Shown here piece after piece: positions 1-11,345 of a stretch of DNA of 64,000 nt. Position 1 is the stretch's first letter. The number at the start of each line of letters is the position of its first letter. Made by a program: the position numbers and the translations under genes. The DNA comes from Candidatus Bathyarchaeota archaeon. Lineage in GTDB: Archaea; Thermoproteota; Bathyarchaeia; 40CM-2-53-6. The notes under the pieces are model-generated. The model had not been told where the DNA came from. It worked only from the letters and a program-made list of their open reading frames with translations, and made no database searches. The DNA lies in assembly GCA_963706285.1 (NCBI GenBank), contig CAVPLU010000006.1, positions 30,439 to 94,438 of the forward strand, given 5' to 3'.

Positions 1-578
1 GTGGATACTTGAAGTTGGAGCACCTGTTGGAGGAGCAATGCTTGCGTGGTTCGACCGTGAGCTAGGTCAAGCAGAACGCAAGCTTGCGGCAGAACTTGGC
101 GTCCCCTCCTATGATATTCTCAGTCTTGAAGCCGAGAAGTCACGGCCCGGAGTAGAATCGCCGATATTCGCGGCCCCTGTCGGGGCAATTCTCAATCTCA
201 GAAACGAACACAAGCGAAGTGACCTGATACGCAGCATCTTGGAAGGGGTCGCATTTGAAGCAAGAGAGGTCATCGAAGTTTTCGTAGAAGTTCGGCCTTG
301 ACATCAAGGAGCTGATTATGGTTGGAGGCGGGGCAAAATCCGTGACATGGCGTCAGATAATTTCAGATGTTACAAACAAGCACGTCAAGTCGCCGCACAT
401 GCAGGAAACAGGAACGCTAGGTGCGGCGACCCTTGCTGGCGTGGGAGCAGGCATCTTCAAAGACTTCATTCTGCCCGAGATAGGAAGGTACGCGGAGAGC
501 TCGCCAAGAAATGATGTCCAAGAAACATACTCTATCCTCTACGAGAAATACAAGAGGTTGTACAAGGCACTCGAATAG
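1..578 (+). CDS. FGGY-family carbohydrate kinase, C-terminal part (5'-truncated by the window edge; frameshift near 290-300)
   Basis: ORFs 38..301 and 318..578 join into 'LIRSILEGVAFE...MVGGGAKSVTWRQIISDV...GTLGAATLAGVG', typical of the xylulokinase/FGGY C-domain. Confidence 0.8.
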
Positions 579-692
579 GCCCCCACAAAACTGGCGAGCA
601 GAGGATCCTCCAGTTCGTGCGGAGCTTTGCGTGCTCGCTGCGGTCCGTCGCACCGGTTCAGGTGACTGGACCGAGCCCCTAGGAGGGTCACT

Positions 693-1703
693 TCATTTCT
701 TCGATGTTCCGCGATCTCCGGGGCAGTATGTGTCTGCAAGATAAGTCTGCTTTGTGTCTTTGATGCGTTCACTGATGATCGAATCGATAGCTGCCATCGC
801 TTTGGGGTCGAGAGACCATCCCGCAACCTCTCCAACTGTCTTCAGCTGTTCTGGTCGACGTGCACCCCATAGAGCGATCGCAAGGTTCGTCCTATCGAGT
901 ACCCATCGTACCGCCAGTTCAAGAACACGTTTTCCGTATTTTTTCTGAGCGAACTGGTCGAGAAGTTCCACCGTCTTTAGGTACTCTTGGTAGAGGGGTG
1001 GTTTGAACTTTGGATCCATCTTTCGATGATCGTCCCCCGGGAATTGGGTGTCTGGGCGCATTTTACCGCTCAGCAGGCCTCGGCAGAGGGAGCCATACAT
1101 GAGCATCGTAATGCCGTGCTTTTCACAATAGGGAAGGATATCCTGTTCGATGACGCGCTCAAACATATTGTATGGCGGCTGGAGCGTATGAAGCGGGGCC
1201 ACGTTGCGAAAACGTTCCATCTGTTCCACGGAGTAGTTGCTCACTCCAATTGCCCTGATCTTGCCCATTTCGTAGAGTCTTTTCATCGCTTCCGCGGTTT
1301 CTTCTATTGGAACTAGGGGGTCTGGCCAATGCACTTGGCATATGTCGATGTAGTCTGTGCCTAATCGTTTCAGAGACTCGTCGATTCCTTTGAGGATTTG
1401 TTCTTTCGTCGAATTCCGATAGAACCATCCGTCTCGGTTCTCCAAGCCGACCTTTGTCGCAATGATGATACTTTCTCTGTTCCCATGTTTCGCAATCGCT
1501 TCTCCCACGATCTCTTCCGCTAGACCAGCACCATATGCCGGTGCCGTGTCTACGAGGTTGACACCACGCTCAAATGCAGCAAGCACCGTCCGAATTGACT
1601 CTTGTTTGTCAGATCCGCCCCACATGGCGCCGCCTATGGCATACGTGCCTAGGCCTATTCGGGACGCCTTGATGCCGGTTCCTTTGATCGTAATCTGCTC
1701 CAT
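693..1703 (-). CDS. Aldo/keto reductase
   Basis: 'IGLGT', 'DTAPAYG', 'IATKVG', 'LGTDYID...HWPD' and 'GKIRAIGVSN' motifs. Confidence 0.93.
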   Translation of the reverse strand: MEQITIKGTGIKASRIGLGTYAIGGAMWGGSDKQESIRTVLAAFERGVNLVDTAPAYGAGLAEEIVGEAIAKHGNRESIIIATKVGLENRDGWFYRNSTKEQILKGIDESLKRLGTDYIDICQVHWPDPLVPIEETAEAMKRLYEMGKIRAIGVSNYSVEQMERFRNVAPLHTLQPPYNMFERVIEQDILPYCEKHGITMLMYGSLCRGLLSGKMRPDTQFPGDDHRKMDPKFKPPLYQEYLKTVELLDQFAQKKYGKRVLELAVRWVLDRTNLAIALWGARRPEQLKTVGEVAGWSLDPKAMAAIDSIISERIKDTKQTYLADTYCPGDRGTSKK

Positions 1704-1935
1704 CCTAGACTCCTCCCTTGGCAGATCAGCGGCCTCAGACAGTAGATATTGTTGTCGATTATCTGATGGCTAGCGGGCAGCGAAAGGCGTGACTACTCGT
1801 TCTAGGACTGGAAGATCTTAAGAAGGTGTGTTGCGTGTGGTCGGGCACGCGGGGTAGGATCGTACGAGAACGGTAAGATCTGTCAACGCAGAAGAGTACG
1901 CAAAGCATGGGCTCTCAAGAGACAAACTGCTGCCC

Positions 1936-2874
1936 ATGCTTCGCAAGATGATTGAGATCAGAAGATTCGAGGAGCGCGTGGAACGACTCTTCCTGCAAGA
2001 AGGACTCCTGATCGGCCCATCGCACCTCTACTTAGGTCAAGAAGCGGTTGCAGCTGGTGCCATAAGCGCACTGAACGATGACGATTTGATCGTAAGCACA
2101 TACAGAGGTCACGGTCACGCCATCGCAAGAGGAGTACCGATGAACCCGCTGATGGCCGAGCTGTTTGGAAAGGCAACTGGCACCTGCAAAGGTCTTGGAG
2201 GATCAATGCACGTCTCAATATTCCCCGAGAAGGGCATATTGTACGCGAGCGCGATCGTGGGCAGCGGAGTGCCAATCACAGCTGGAGTGGGGCTCGCACT
2301 CCAACAAGCAGGTAGACGTCAAGTGGCGATGACATTCTTCGGCGATGGCGCTACCAATACAGGCGCCTTTCATGAGGGAATGAATCTCGCAGCGGTCTGG
2401 AAACTTCCCGTGGTCTTTGTCTGTGAGAACAACCTCTACGCCATGTCAACCAGAGCAGACAAAGCGATAGCAGCTGAGAGCGTTGCTGATCGCGCCGAAG
2501 CATATAGGATGCGGGCGATGGCCGCAGACGGTAACGACGTGGTGGCCGTATTCTTGTCGGCCAAAGAAGCAATTGAGAACGCACGCAAGGGAGAAGGTCC
2601 AACTCTCCTTGAATGTATCACGTACAAACTGAAGGGTCATGGTGTCTACGACAAGGCTGAGTATAGACCGAAAGAGGAAGTTGAGGAATGGCGGAGACGT
2701 GACCCGATCGACACCTTCGAAGCCAAGCTTCTCAAGACGAAACTTGCAGCTCAAGCAGACATCGATCAGATCGAGAAGGAAGTCGCCACTTCAGTCGAGG
2801 AATCTGTTGCATTCGCAAAATCGAGCCCAGTATTGCCCTTCGAGGAGCTCTCGAACTTCGTCTATGCGAGGTGA
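1936..2874 (+). CDS. pdhA: TPP-dependent 2-oxoacid/acetoin dehydrogenase E1 alpha subunit (N-terminus probably extends to ~1873)
   Basis: 'GQEA', 'TYRGHGH', 'GSMH' and TPP motif 'GDGA...ENN'; pyruvate vs acetoin substrate not resolvable. Confidence 0.88.
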   Translation: MLRKMIEIRRFEERVERLFLQEGLLIGPSHLYLGQEAVAAGAISALNDDDLIVSTYRGHGHAIARGVPMNPLMAELFGKATGTCKGLGGSMHVSIFPEKGILYASAIVGSGVPITAGVGLALQQAGRRQVAMTFFGDGATNTGAFHEGMNLAAVWKLPVVFVCENNLYAMSTRADKAIAAESVADRAEAYRMRAMAADGNDVVAVFLSAKEAIENARKGEGPTLLECITYKLKGHGVYDKAEYRPKEEVEEWRRRDPIDTFEAKLLKTKLAAQADIDQIEKEVATSVEESVAFAKSSPVLPFEELSNFVYAR

Positions 2875-2880
2875 CACGAA

Positions 2881-3855
2881 ATGCGCGAGTTGACTTATGC
2901 CGACGCTCTGCGAGAGGCCCTGCGCGAAGAAATGCTGAGGGATCCAAAGGTCGTCCTGATGGGTGAGGAAATAGGAGTATTCGAAGGAGTCTACAAAGTC
3001 ACGCGTGGTCTGCTGAAGGAGTTCGGTCCTGAAAGAGTGAGGGACACTCCGATTTCTGAAGCTGCGATTGCAGGTGCTGCAGTAGGTGCTGCGTTAGCTG
3101 GCCTCAAGCCTGTAGCCGAGATCATGTACATGGACTTCGTAACAATCTGTCTTGATCAGATAGCAACAAACGCTGCAAAGATGCGGTTCATGAGTGGCGG
3201 GAAGCTGAAGGTTCCCTTTGTTCTCAGGACACAGTACAGCCTTGGTCGAATGCACGGTGCCCAGCATTCCCAATTCTACCCGTCAATATTCTTCCAGGTG
3301 CCGGGTCTGAAGGTCGTCTTGCCGTCGACACCGTACGATGCAAAAGGTCTTCTGAAGGCTTCGATCCGAGATGACAACCCAGTTGTCTTTGTGGAAAGTG
3401 GCGCACTTTACAGGACGAAGGGGCTAGTTCCAGAAGAGGAATACGTACTGCCTCTAGGCAAGTGTGATATCAAGAGAAACGGCGATGACCTCACAATAGT
3501 CGCGGTCTCAAGGGTTGTCGGTGAAGCTCTTGCCGCGGCTGCCAAGCTGGAAGAGCAAGGTATCACGGCTGAGGTGATAGATCCGAGAACTATTCAACCG
3601 CTCGACTCGAATACAATAGTTGAGTCTGTCAAGAAGACTGGAAGACTGATTATTGCGTCGGACGACGTGAAATCAGGCGGAATCGGCTCTGAGATCGCGG
3701 CAATTGTGGTTGAAGAAGCTTTCGACTCGTTAGACGCACCAATTCTGCGCGTGGCATCGGCGGACATGCCGATTCCATTCTCGCCGCCGCTCGAACAGGC
3801 GTACATGGCAAATGCGCAGAAGATCATGGAAGCAGCAAAGAGACTGATCGGGTGA
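2881..3855 (+). CDS. pdhB: 2-oxoacid/acetoin dehydrogenase E1 beta subunit
   Basis: 'DTPISE', 'AQHSQ', 'TPYDAKGLL', 'SVKKTGRL'. Confidence 0.9.
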   Translation: MRELTYADALREALREEMLRDPKVVLMGEEIGVFEGVYKVTRGLLKEFGPERVRDTPISEAAIAGAAVGAALAGLKPVAEIMYMDFVTICLDQIATNAAKMRFMSGGKLKVPFVLRTQYSLGRMHGAQHSQFYPSIFFQVPGLKVVLPSTPYDAKGLLKASIRDDNPVVFVESGALYRTKGLVPEEEYVLPLGKCDIKRNGDDLTIVAVSRVVGEALAAAAKLEEQGITAEVIDPRTIQPLDSNTIVESVKKTGRLIIASDDVKSGGIGSEIAAIVVEEAFDSLDAPILRVASADMPIPFSPPLEQAYMANAQKIMEAAKRLIG

Positions 3856-5048
3856 AAGCGATGTTCAGGGTGACAATGCCTCGTCTGGATCCCGGTATGC
3901 AGTCGGGCAAGATCGTAGAGTGGCTGAAGAAAGAAGGAGATCACGTCGAAAAGGACGTGCCTATTGTTCAGATAGAAGGAGAGAAGACCACTTTTGAAGT
4001 GAACGCCCCGGGAGCAGGCATCGTCCGGAAACTACTGTTTGGGCCTGGTATGGATGTTCAGGTTGGACAGACTATCGCGCTTGTGGGCGAGCAAGACGAG
4101 CCGTTACCGACCGGCGCCGAAGCACCAGTGGCAAGCGAGCCTGTTGTAGTGCACGAACCGACTGCGGCTCCTCCAATTTTACGAGTGACAGAGCCTTCAG
4201 CTTCACCGGTAGCGAGGAAGATGGCCAGAGAGGCGGGCATCGACATATCGAAGATCAGGGGCTCTGGACCTGGCGGTAGAATAGTTCGTGAAGATGTTCA
4301 GAAAGCAATCGAACAGATTAGCATACCGCCGGTAGCGGGCGCTGTCATGGTTCAAGAAACTAGGGCTGTCCCAGTTGCCAGGACGATCAAACTGTCGGGA
4401 AAACGGAAGGCTACGTCGGAGCGTCTTTCGTACGGTTTCCACACAACGGTTCCGGTTACGATCACGATGGAGGCACGAATGGAGGCAGTTCTTGAGCAAA
4501 GGAGGAGCCTTCACGGCCGGACTGGTGAGGAGGTATCCATAACGGCTTACGTCGTCAAGGCTGCCGCGAGGGCTCTCGAGGATCACGAGATGATCAACTC
4601 GTCTCTTGAGGAAGACGAATTTCGAGTCTACGGTGACATCAACGTCGCTGTGGCAATCAACACGCCCGACGGACTTGTGGCGCCAGTGATACCACAGACA
4701 AACAGGATGTCTGTACTTGAGGTTTCGCGGGACATTCGGGATCTGACAGAACGTGCCGTGCAGAACAGGCTCACCGTATGAGATCTCACCGGAGGCACAT
4801 TTACGGTGTCGAATCTGGGCGGTTATGGTGTCGATCTCTTCGCGCCAGTCATCAATCCGCCGCAGTGTGCAATCATTGGTTTCGGCCGAACGTCCGAGAG
4901 ACCCATAATTGTCGAGAAGCAAGTGCGAGTGGCGTCAATCACGACACTATCACTAGTCTTCGATCACAGGATCGTTGATGGTGTACCTGCGGCGCAGTTT
5001 CTGCAACGAGTCAAAGAACTACTGGAGGACCCGAAGAAGCTTGATTGA
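3852..5048 (+). CDS. pdhC: Dihydrolipoamide acyltransferase E2 (one in-frame TGA at 4779-4781)
   Basis: Lipoyl domain 'EGEKTT', E3-binding 'ASPVARKMARE...GSGPGGRI', catalytic 'DHRIVDG'; ORFs 3852..4781 and 4806..5048 are in the same frame. Confidence 0.85.
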
Positions 5049-5065
5049 TCTCGGTCGCGCCGTCG

Positions 5066-6115
5066 CTATGGCGTGATCGCCACTTTGATCGCCGTGCCTT
5101 TCTGCATCAGACGTAGCGCTTCTTCGACCTCGGTGAGTCTCATTCTATGAGTGACGAGCTGGGCAACGTTAACCTGCGCTGTCGATATCAGCCTTAGGGC
5201 CTCACGCACATCTCTTGGCGTGTGATGGAACACTCCTCTCAACGTGAGTTCTCCGTAGTGCATCAGGCCCGTGTCAATCGAAGCTTTGCTTCCCGCTGGA
5301 CATCCACCAAACAGAACTGTTGTTCCGCCTTTCCTCGTGGCTTGCACGGCCAGCTCCCACGTCTCGGGTTTTCCAACCGCTTCAATGGTGACATCTGCTC
5401 CACGGTTCTCACTCAGCGCCTTCAATTTGGTGATTGAATTACTGGGAGCGACTAACTGGTCTGCTCCGAATTGAGCTGCCATCTGTAACCTCTCAGTGAT
5501 CGCGTCTGTGACGACAACGGTCCTTGCCCCATGGATCTTCGCGAGCTGAATGTGCATCAGTCCGATCGGTCCAGCGCCAATAACGAAGACGAGATCGCCT
5601 GCTCGGATGCCGGATAGCTCGATTCCATGAACCACACACGCCAGCGGCTCCACAAAGGCAGCGGTCTCGAACGGTACATTTTCCGGTATTGCATGCGTGT
5701 TTTGCCTGACGATTCGTGCTGGTAACCGCACGTATTCGGCATACGCACCAGGAGAAGAGAATCCAACAAGCACTTCATCTAGATGATCGCATAAGTTGGG
5801 TTTGCCGATCCGGCAGTAGTGGCATGACATGCATGGCGCTGAATTAGCCGCGACAACTCTCATGCCCTTTTCAAATCCTTGGGCACCTTCGCCTACTCTT
5901 TCAACTGTGCCAGCGAATTCATGCCCAATAATAAGTGGAGGATTTGCGAGTCTGTGACCGCGAAGATACATCTTCAGATCCGTACCGCATGTGAGCGCCA
6001 CATGATTACGAATGAGCAGCTCTCCCCTCGATATCTCTGGGATATCGACCTCTTCGACTCGCAGCACTCCGGGGGCATAGAAACGCGCGGCCAGCAACCA
6101 ATGTTCACGTCCCAC
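5066..6115 (-). CDS. Zn-dependent alcohol/polyol dehydrogenase (MDR family)
   Basis: 'CGTD', 'GHE', structural Zn 'CMSCHYC...C', 'GAGPIG'. Confidence 0.9.
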   Translation of the reverse strand: MGREHWLLAARFYAPGVLRVEEVDIPEISRGELLIRNHVALTCGTDLKMYLRGHRLANPPLIIGHEFAGTVERVGEGAQGFEKGMRVVAANSAPCMSCHYCRIGKPNLCDHLDEVLVGFSSPGAYAEYVRLPARIVRQNTHAIPENVPFETAAFVEPLACVVHGIELSGIRAGDLVFVIGAGPIGLMHIQLAKIHGARTVVVTDAITERLQMAAQFGADQLVAPSNSITKLKALSENRGADVTIEAVGKPETWELAVQATRKGGTTVLFGGCPAGSKASIDTGLMHYGELTLRGVFHHTPRDVREALRLISTAQVNVAQLVTHRMRLTEVEEALRLMQKGTAIKVAITP

Positions 6116-6117
6116 GT

Positions 6118-7143
6118 CTACTCGTGAACCATGACCTTGAGAGATGACAGTGCATCATCTGCAGCTCGGAAGGCATTAACAACGTCGCCCAGACCAAAGC
6201 GGTGTGTTATCATGTTCGTCAATCGAATAGCCTTCTTGTCCATCATCTCCAAAGCCCTTTCGATCTCTTTGTCTGTGGTTGAATAACTTGGCATCAGCTT
6301 GATCTCGCGTATGAACACGTTGCTTGCGTCGAATTCAAGCATGCTTCCTTGTGCAGGAATACCGAAGAGGAGAATCTTGCCGCCTTTCCTTACTAGTGAA
6401 AACGCAGACTCTATTGCCTTCAGGTTTCCTGATGCGACTATTACATTGTCCGCTCCGATATCTCCGGTTGCGTCGAGAACGTGACTGCGCAAGTTTTTGT
6501 CGGATGCATTGAGTGTCTCGTCTGCTCCGAACTTCTTTGCCCATTCTAGTCTGGGCTTGATGATGTCCATAACGATTATGGAGCGGGCACCGGACGCTCG
6601 AAGAAGCTGGATGTACGTTAGTCCTGCGGGTCCAGCTCCGATTATCAGAAAGCTGTCTCCCTCTGCAATACCTAGCCTGTCGAGTCCTCTTATGCAGCAT
6701 CCTGTCGGTTCCGCGAAAGCAACTTCTTCGTAACTCATTTCGTGAGGTACTCTGAACACAGCTCCTTTGGTAACGTTCTCTTGGGGAACCCTGAAGTACT
6801 CCGCGAACCCGCAAGGGTCTATATTGCTTCTAGGAAACTCCTCACAGAGGGTCTGGTCGCCGTGAAGACAATAGTAGCAGGTCTGGCAAGGTACGTGATG
6901 GTGCACAACTATTCGATCGCCGCACGAGTAGTTCTCCACGCCCTCTCCCACCTCTTCGATTTCTCCAGCCACCTCGTGTCCTAAAATTGGGGGAGTCACC
7001 CTTACCCCACGGAGTTTCTCTAAGTCTGTTCCACATATACCGCACACTTTCATTTTGACGAGAAGCTCTCCGTGACCGATCCGTGGCCTCTCAACATTAC
7101 GAAGCCCAAGCTTTCCCTGAGAATCAACGAAAGTAGCCTTCAA
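6118..7143 (-). CDS. Zn-dependent alcohol/polyol dehydrogenase (MDR family), tandem paralog
   Basis: 'CGICGTD', 'GHE', 'CQTCYYC...C', 'GAGPAG'. Confidence 0.9.
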   Translation of the reverse strand: MKATFVDSQGKLGLRNVERPRIGHGELLVKMKVCGICGTDLEKLRGVRVTPPILGHEVAGEIEEVGEGVENYSCGDRIVVHHHVPCQTCYYCLHGDQTLCEEFPRSNIDPCGFAEYFRVPQENVTKGAVFRVPHEMSYEEVAFAEPTGCCIRGLDRLGIAEGDSFLIIGAGPAGLTYIQLLRASGARSIIVMDIIKPRLEWAKKFGADETLNASDKNLRSHVLDATGDIGADNVIVASGNLKAIESAFSLVRKGGKILLFGIPAQGSMLEFDASNVFIREIKLMPSYSTTDKEIERALEMMDKKAIRLTNMITHRFGLGDVVNAFRAADDALSSLKVMVHE

Positions 7144-7498
7144 GATGCGGTCGAGTCTCTTCTCTGGCTTGTCTTATTGGATAAAGGAACCGCTTTCTCT
7201 CACATCTGCGAACCATAATGGCAAGCTTGAGGTTAGTTGTGAATACTTTCCTCAGGAACCCCTTCATGCACCGATAGAGAACTAAGTGGATGAAGTAGCA
7301 CGTAGTCTCTTCACAATTTCGTTGAGACGGGTACAGAAGATGTCAAGGGCGAGATTGTACGCATAGGTTGGTGCAGGGGAGATTCGTGCATCAGCCCAAC
7401 ACATGCTTTCCCCATATTTGGCGCAATTCTGATCTTTTCCAAGAGGTTCATGGACATCTGGTGTTAGACATCATGGGAGTTGGTGTTATTCATCGCCG

Positions 7499-7975
7499 CT
7501 ACTCGATGATCACTAGTACTTGGCCCATCCCAACCGGCTCGCGTTCTCTAGCGTTGATCTGCTTGATCACGCCCGACTTGTTAGCACGGAGCTCGTTCTG
7601 CATCTTCATTGCTTCAAGAATGAGAACAACTTCGCCGGCTTCGACCCGATCGCCTTCCTTCTTCAACACTCTGACAACCACGCCTGGCATGATAGCTGTA
7701 ATGGCATCCTCCTCAGCACGAGTCGAGATCGCGACTCCTTTGCGAGTTCCACTTGGCTTTTGTTCTGCCAGCCCTATGACCTCGAATGGGTGAGTGATAC
7801 CGTCCACTGTAGCTGTGCCGCCGCTGAGCTCAACTTTATGGGCATTGCCTTGAACAATGACTGTGTTGTCTTTGATCGCGAAGGAGAATTCTTGTCCGTC
7901 AACCAGCAGCAGGTTGTCTCGGCGTTCAATTTCGTACGACACGGTATCTAGTACTAGTCTGAACCTGTCTGCCAT
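7499..7975 (-). CDS. Biotin carboxyl carrier protein
   Basis: 'EAMKM' biotinylation motif; likely start is ATG at 7975 (MADRFRL). Confidence 0.9.
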   Translation of the reverse strand: MADRFRLVLDTVSYEIERRDNLLLVDGQEFSFAIKDNTVIVQGNAHKVELSGGTATVDGITHPFEVIGLAEQKPSGTRKGVAISTRAEEDAITAIMPGVVVRVLKKEGDRVEAGEVVLILEAMKMQNELRANKSGVIKQINAREREPVGMGQVLVIIE

Positions 7976-7991
7976 CGTTGCCACCCGTTCG

Positions 7992-9490
7992 CTAGGCCGG
8001 GCCGTTGGCCATCTTCCATGGTGCAACTTGCCCAACGCGTCGTGTAGTCGCCCCGCTCTCGGTTTCGGAGTTTTCTTCAAGCAATAATGCTGCGACAGCT
8101 GCGGCTAGCTCCCTATCGCCAACTAATCCTCTAGCGCGTCGTTCCAATAACTGACGGCCGGCTTCCGGGAATAGTGCGTAGCAGAGGATGTCTTCTTCGG
8201 ACTTTGCCAGGTCACCGACATCTTCTCTCGCCTTTTCCCATCCCGGCGGCAGCATATCGGCCGGCAAGTGATCGGCTGTTCATCCCCAATCGCCTTGCGT
8301 TGAAGCTCAGGATTGACCGGCGCCGGGGGCTTCCCATAGTACCCACGGATGTACTCCTTTACTTCTTCAAGGATCATTTTGTAGCGTTCTCCCAACAGCA
8401 CATTCAGTGTCGCCTGTGTTCCAACGATCTGGCTGGACGGCGTGACCAACGGCGGAAAGCCCAGATCCTCTCGAACTCGCGGCACCTCTTTCAGCACGTC
8501 ATAGTAGCGATCCATTGCATCCTGTTGACGCAACTGGCTGATCAGATTAGAGAGCATACCGCCGGGCAATTGGAACTGCAACACGTTAACGTCAACACTG
8601 TTGGTGCCAGCCTCGAAGCTGGCATATTTCTTACGTATTTCGCCCACCTCGCGTGCAATCTCAGCCAAGGCAGCAATGTCCAAGCCTGTGTCGCGCTCAG
8701 TATCCTTTAGCGCAACCACAAGCGTCTCAGTAGGTGGTTGAGAGCTGGAAAGCGCCATTGATGAGATGGACGTGTCCACAACATCCACACCGGCCTCCAC
8801 AGCCTTCAGCAGTGTCGCTGTTCCCATGCCGCTTGTGCAATGTGTATGCAGCTGCACTGGGAGGCACACCTCTTTCTTCAGTACAGATACCAGTGCATAA
8901 GCCGCGTAAGGCGACAACAACCCGGCCATGTCTTTTATGCAGATAGAATCTGCACCCAGACGGGCCAGTTCATGCCCCATTCTCGCGAAAAGAGGGATGT
9001 CGTGTACCGGGCTGATTGTGTAGCAGATGGATGCCTGCACGTGTCCGCCTTCACGCTTCGCGATCCTCATTGCAAATTGCATGTTACGAATATCATTTAG
9101 CGCGTCGAAGATCCTAAACACATCTATGCCATTGCGTTTCGCCGCCACGATGAAGTGCTCAACAACGTCATCCGGGTAATGCTTGTAGCCCAACAAATTC
9201 TGACCACGCAAGAGCATCTGAAGGCGGGTGTTAGGCATCTCGCGTCTGAGTACGCGGAGGCGTTCCCACGGGTCTTCACCTAGAAATCGCATCGCGCTAT
9301 CGAATGTGGCACCCCCCCACATTTCTACGGACCAGTAACCGATCTTGTCAAGTTTGGCAGCGATCGGCAGCATGTCAGCAGTGCGCAAGCGCGTGGCGAG
9401 TAGCGATTGATGTGCATCACGCAGGACAGTTTCGCAGATCTTCACAGGATTCTTAGCGATTTCTGACACCCTCGGCTTCTTCACACGCAA
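7992..9490 (-). CDS. Pyruvate/oxaloacetate carboxyltransferase (OadA/PycB/transcarboxylase 5S family; frameshift near 8265)
   Basis: 'LRDAHQSLLATR', 'EMWGGATFD', 'KDMAG', 'LHTH', 'PPLVTPSSQIVG'; no C-terminal biotinyl domain; continues in ORF 7992..8267. Confidence 0.88.
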
Positions 9491-9493
9491 GCA

Positions 9494-11065
9494 TCACAAT
9501 GGAATATTGCCGTGTTTCTTGGGCGGGTTGTTATCCCTCTTGTTCTGCAACATGCGAAGGGCCTCGATCAAATGTGGCCGGGTCTCTCGCGGTTCGATCA
9601 CGTCGTCCAAGTAGCCGTGTGCAGCAGCAACATATGGATTCGCGAATTTCTCACGATATATCTGTACGAGTTCAATGCGTTTTGCGACCGGGTCGTCGGC
9701 TTCAGCGATTTCTTTGCGGAAAATTATGTTAACTGCGCCATCTGGTCCCATTACTGCGATTTCGGAGCTGGGCCAAGCTACGTTGTAGTCGCCGCGTATG
9801 TGCTTGCTGCTCATGACATCGTACGCGCCGCCGTAGGCTTTCCTCGTGATTATTGTCAGTTTGGCCACAGTAGCCTCGCAATAAGCGTACAGTAGTTTCG
9901 CTCCGTGGACGATAATGGCGCCATGTTCTTGGTCAACGCCAGGCAGGAAGCCGGGCACATCTACAAACGTTACGATCGGAATGTTGAATGCGTCGCAAAA
10001 GCGCACGAAACGTGCGCCCTTGATTGACGACTTAATGTCGAGCACGCCGGCCGAGACGGCGGGTTGATTTGCGACTATTCCTATGCTATGTCCACCCAAA
10101 CGTCCAAAGCCAACTACGATATTTGGCGCAAAACTCCTGTGAATTTCGAAGAATTCTCCGTTGTCAACGATTATGCGAATGATTTCTTTCATGTCATACG
10201 GCTTGCTGGGATCATCTGGGACGATCGTGTCGAGTCGCTCATCCATCCGTTGTGGATCGTCGTTGGTCTCGACGTGCGGCGGGTCTTCCATGTTGTTCGA
10301 GGGCAGGTAGCTAATCAGTTGGCGGATGAGCGACAAAGCTTCCGTCTCGTTATCTGCCGCCATATGGCATACGCCGCTTTTTGTACTGTGCGCCAGCGCT
10401 CCGCCCAGTTCCTCAAATGTTACTTTCTCACGCGTCACGGTTTCTACCACATCCGGCCCGGTGATGAACATATGGCTTGAGTCTTTTACCATGAAAATGA
10501 AATCCGTCAGCGCAGGGCTGTACACTGCACCACCTGCACACGGGCCCATGATGGCACTGATTTGCGGTATTAGACCAGATGCCAGAGTGTTACGCAAGAA
10601 GATCTCTGCGTAGCCTCCTAAGCTGACCACCCCCTCTTGGATTCGCGCTCCTCCAGAATCATTCAGCCCGATTATCGGCGCACCATTCTTCATCGCAAGG
10701 TCCATCACCTTACAAATCTTCTCGGCATGAGCTTCTCCAAGACTGCCTCCGAAGACGGTAAAGTCTTGGCTGAATACGTATACACGTCGTCCATCAATCA
10801 TGCCCCATCCCGTCACCACGCCATCAGACAGCACTTTTTTTTCATCTATTCCAAAGTCCGTGGCACGATGTACGACAAACATGTCCAGTTCGTGAAAAGA
10901 TGCTTTGTCCAACAGTGTCTCGATGCGCTCGCGAGCAGTCATCTTGCCTTTGGAACGCTGCACCTCTACCCGGTTGGCACCGCCGGCCTCTCGAGCCTGC
11001 TTTCTCAGTCGGTGCAATTGCTCAGTCTTGTGATTAGTCGGCATGCGGGTCCATATTCGCTGCAC
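9494..11065 (-). CDS. Acyl-CoA carboxyltransferase (PccB/MmdA/transcarboxylase 12S family)
   Basis: 'GKMTARERI', '[10 protein letters not shown]', '[12 protein letters not shown]', 'DVPGFLPG', C-terminal 'KKHGNIPL'. Confidence 0.93.
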   Translation of the reverse strand: MQRIWTRMPTNHKTEQLHRLRKQAREAGGANRVEVQRSKGKMTARERIETLLDKASFHELDMFVVHRATDFGIDEKKVLSDGVVTGWGMIDGRRVYVFSQDFTVFGGSLGEAHAEKICKVMDLAMKNGAPIIGLNDSGGARIQEGVVSLGGYAEIFLRNTLASGLIPQISAIMGPCAGGAVYSPALTDFIFMVKDSSHMFITGPDVVETVTREKVTFEELGGALAHSTKSGVCHMAADNETEALSLIRQLISYLPSNNMEDPPHVETNDDPQRMDERLDTIVPDDPSKPYDMKEIIRIIVDNGEFFEIHRSFAPNIVVGFGRLGGHSIGIVANQPAVSAGVLDIKSSIKGARFVRFCDAFNIPIVTFVDVPGFLPGVDQEHGAIIVHGAKLLYAYCEATVAKLTIITRKAYGGAYDVMSSKHIRGDYNVAWPSSEIAVMGPDGAVNIIFRKEIAEADDPVAKRIELVQIYREKFANPYVAAAHGYLDDVIEPRETRPHLIEALRMLQNKRDNNPPKKHGNIPL

Positions 11066-11345
11066 TCCTAATAAGAGGTGTTTCGTTGTGACGCTATCAT
11101 TGAATCAAACCCATATCCATATCCGTAGCATACTGGGTGAGGATCAACGCAATGCGCTTGTGCAGATTCTATGGCGTCGAGTTTGTCGCGAAAGATCATC
11201 CAAGCAAGAGGAACAAATCTACAAGGAGATCTGGCTGAGCGCAAATCGGATAGAAAGCCGTGTTGTGTTAGTTCTCGAAGCCTCTCGCCTATTTCCAATA
11301 TGGTCCACATTTCTTCTCAGTGTGACCCTGTCGAAAAAGATACGC

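Noticed and set aside
4779-4781. In-frame TGA in E2 as selenocysteine or recoding
   Set aside because: The position is not a Cys or catalytic site in the family, TGA ends many other genes in this window, and no SECIS is evident
7499-11065. Na+-pumping oxaloacetate or methylmalonyl-CoA decarboxylase
   Set aside because: No membrane beta subunit or TM-anchored gamma/delta subunit in the locus
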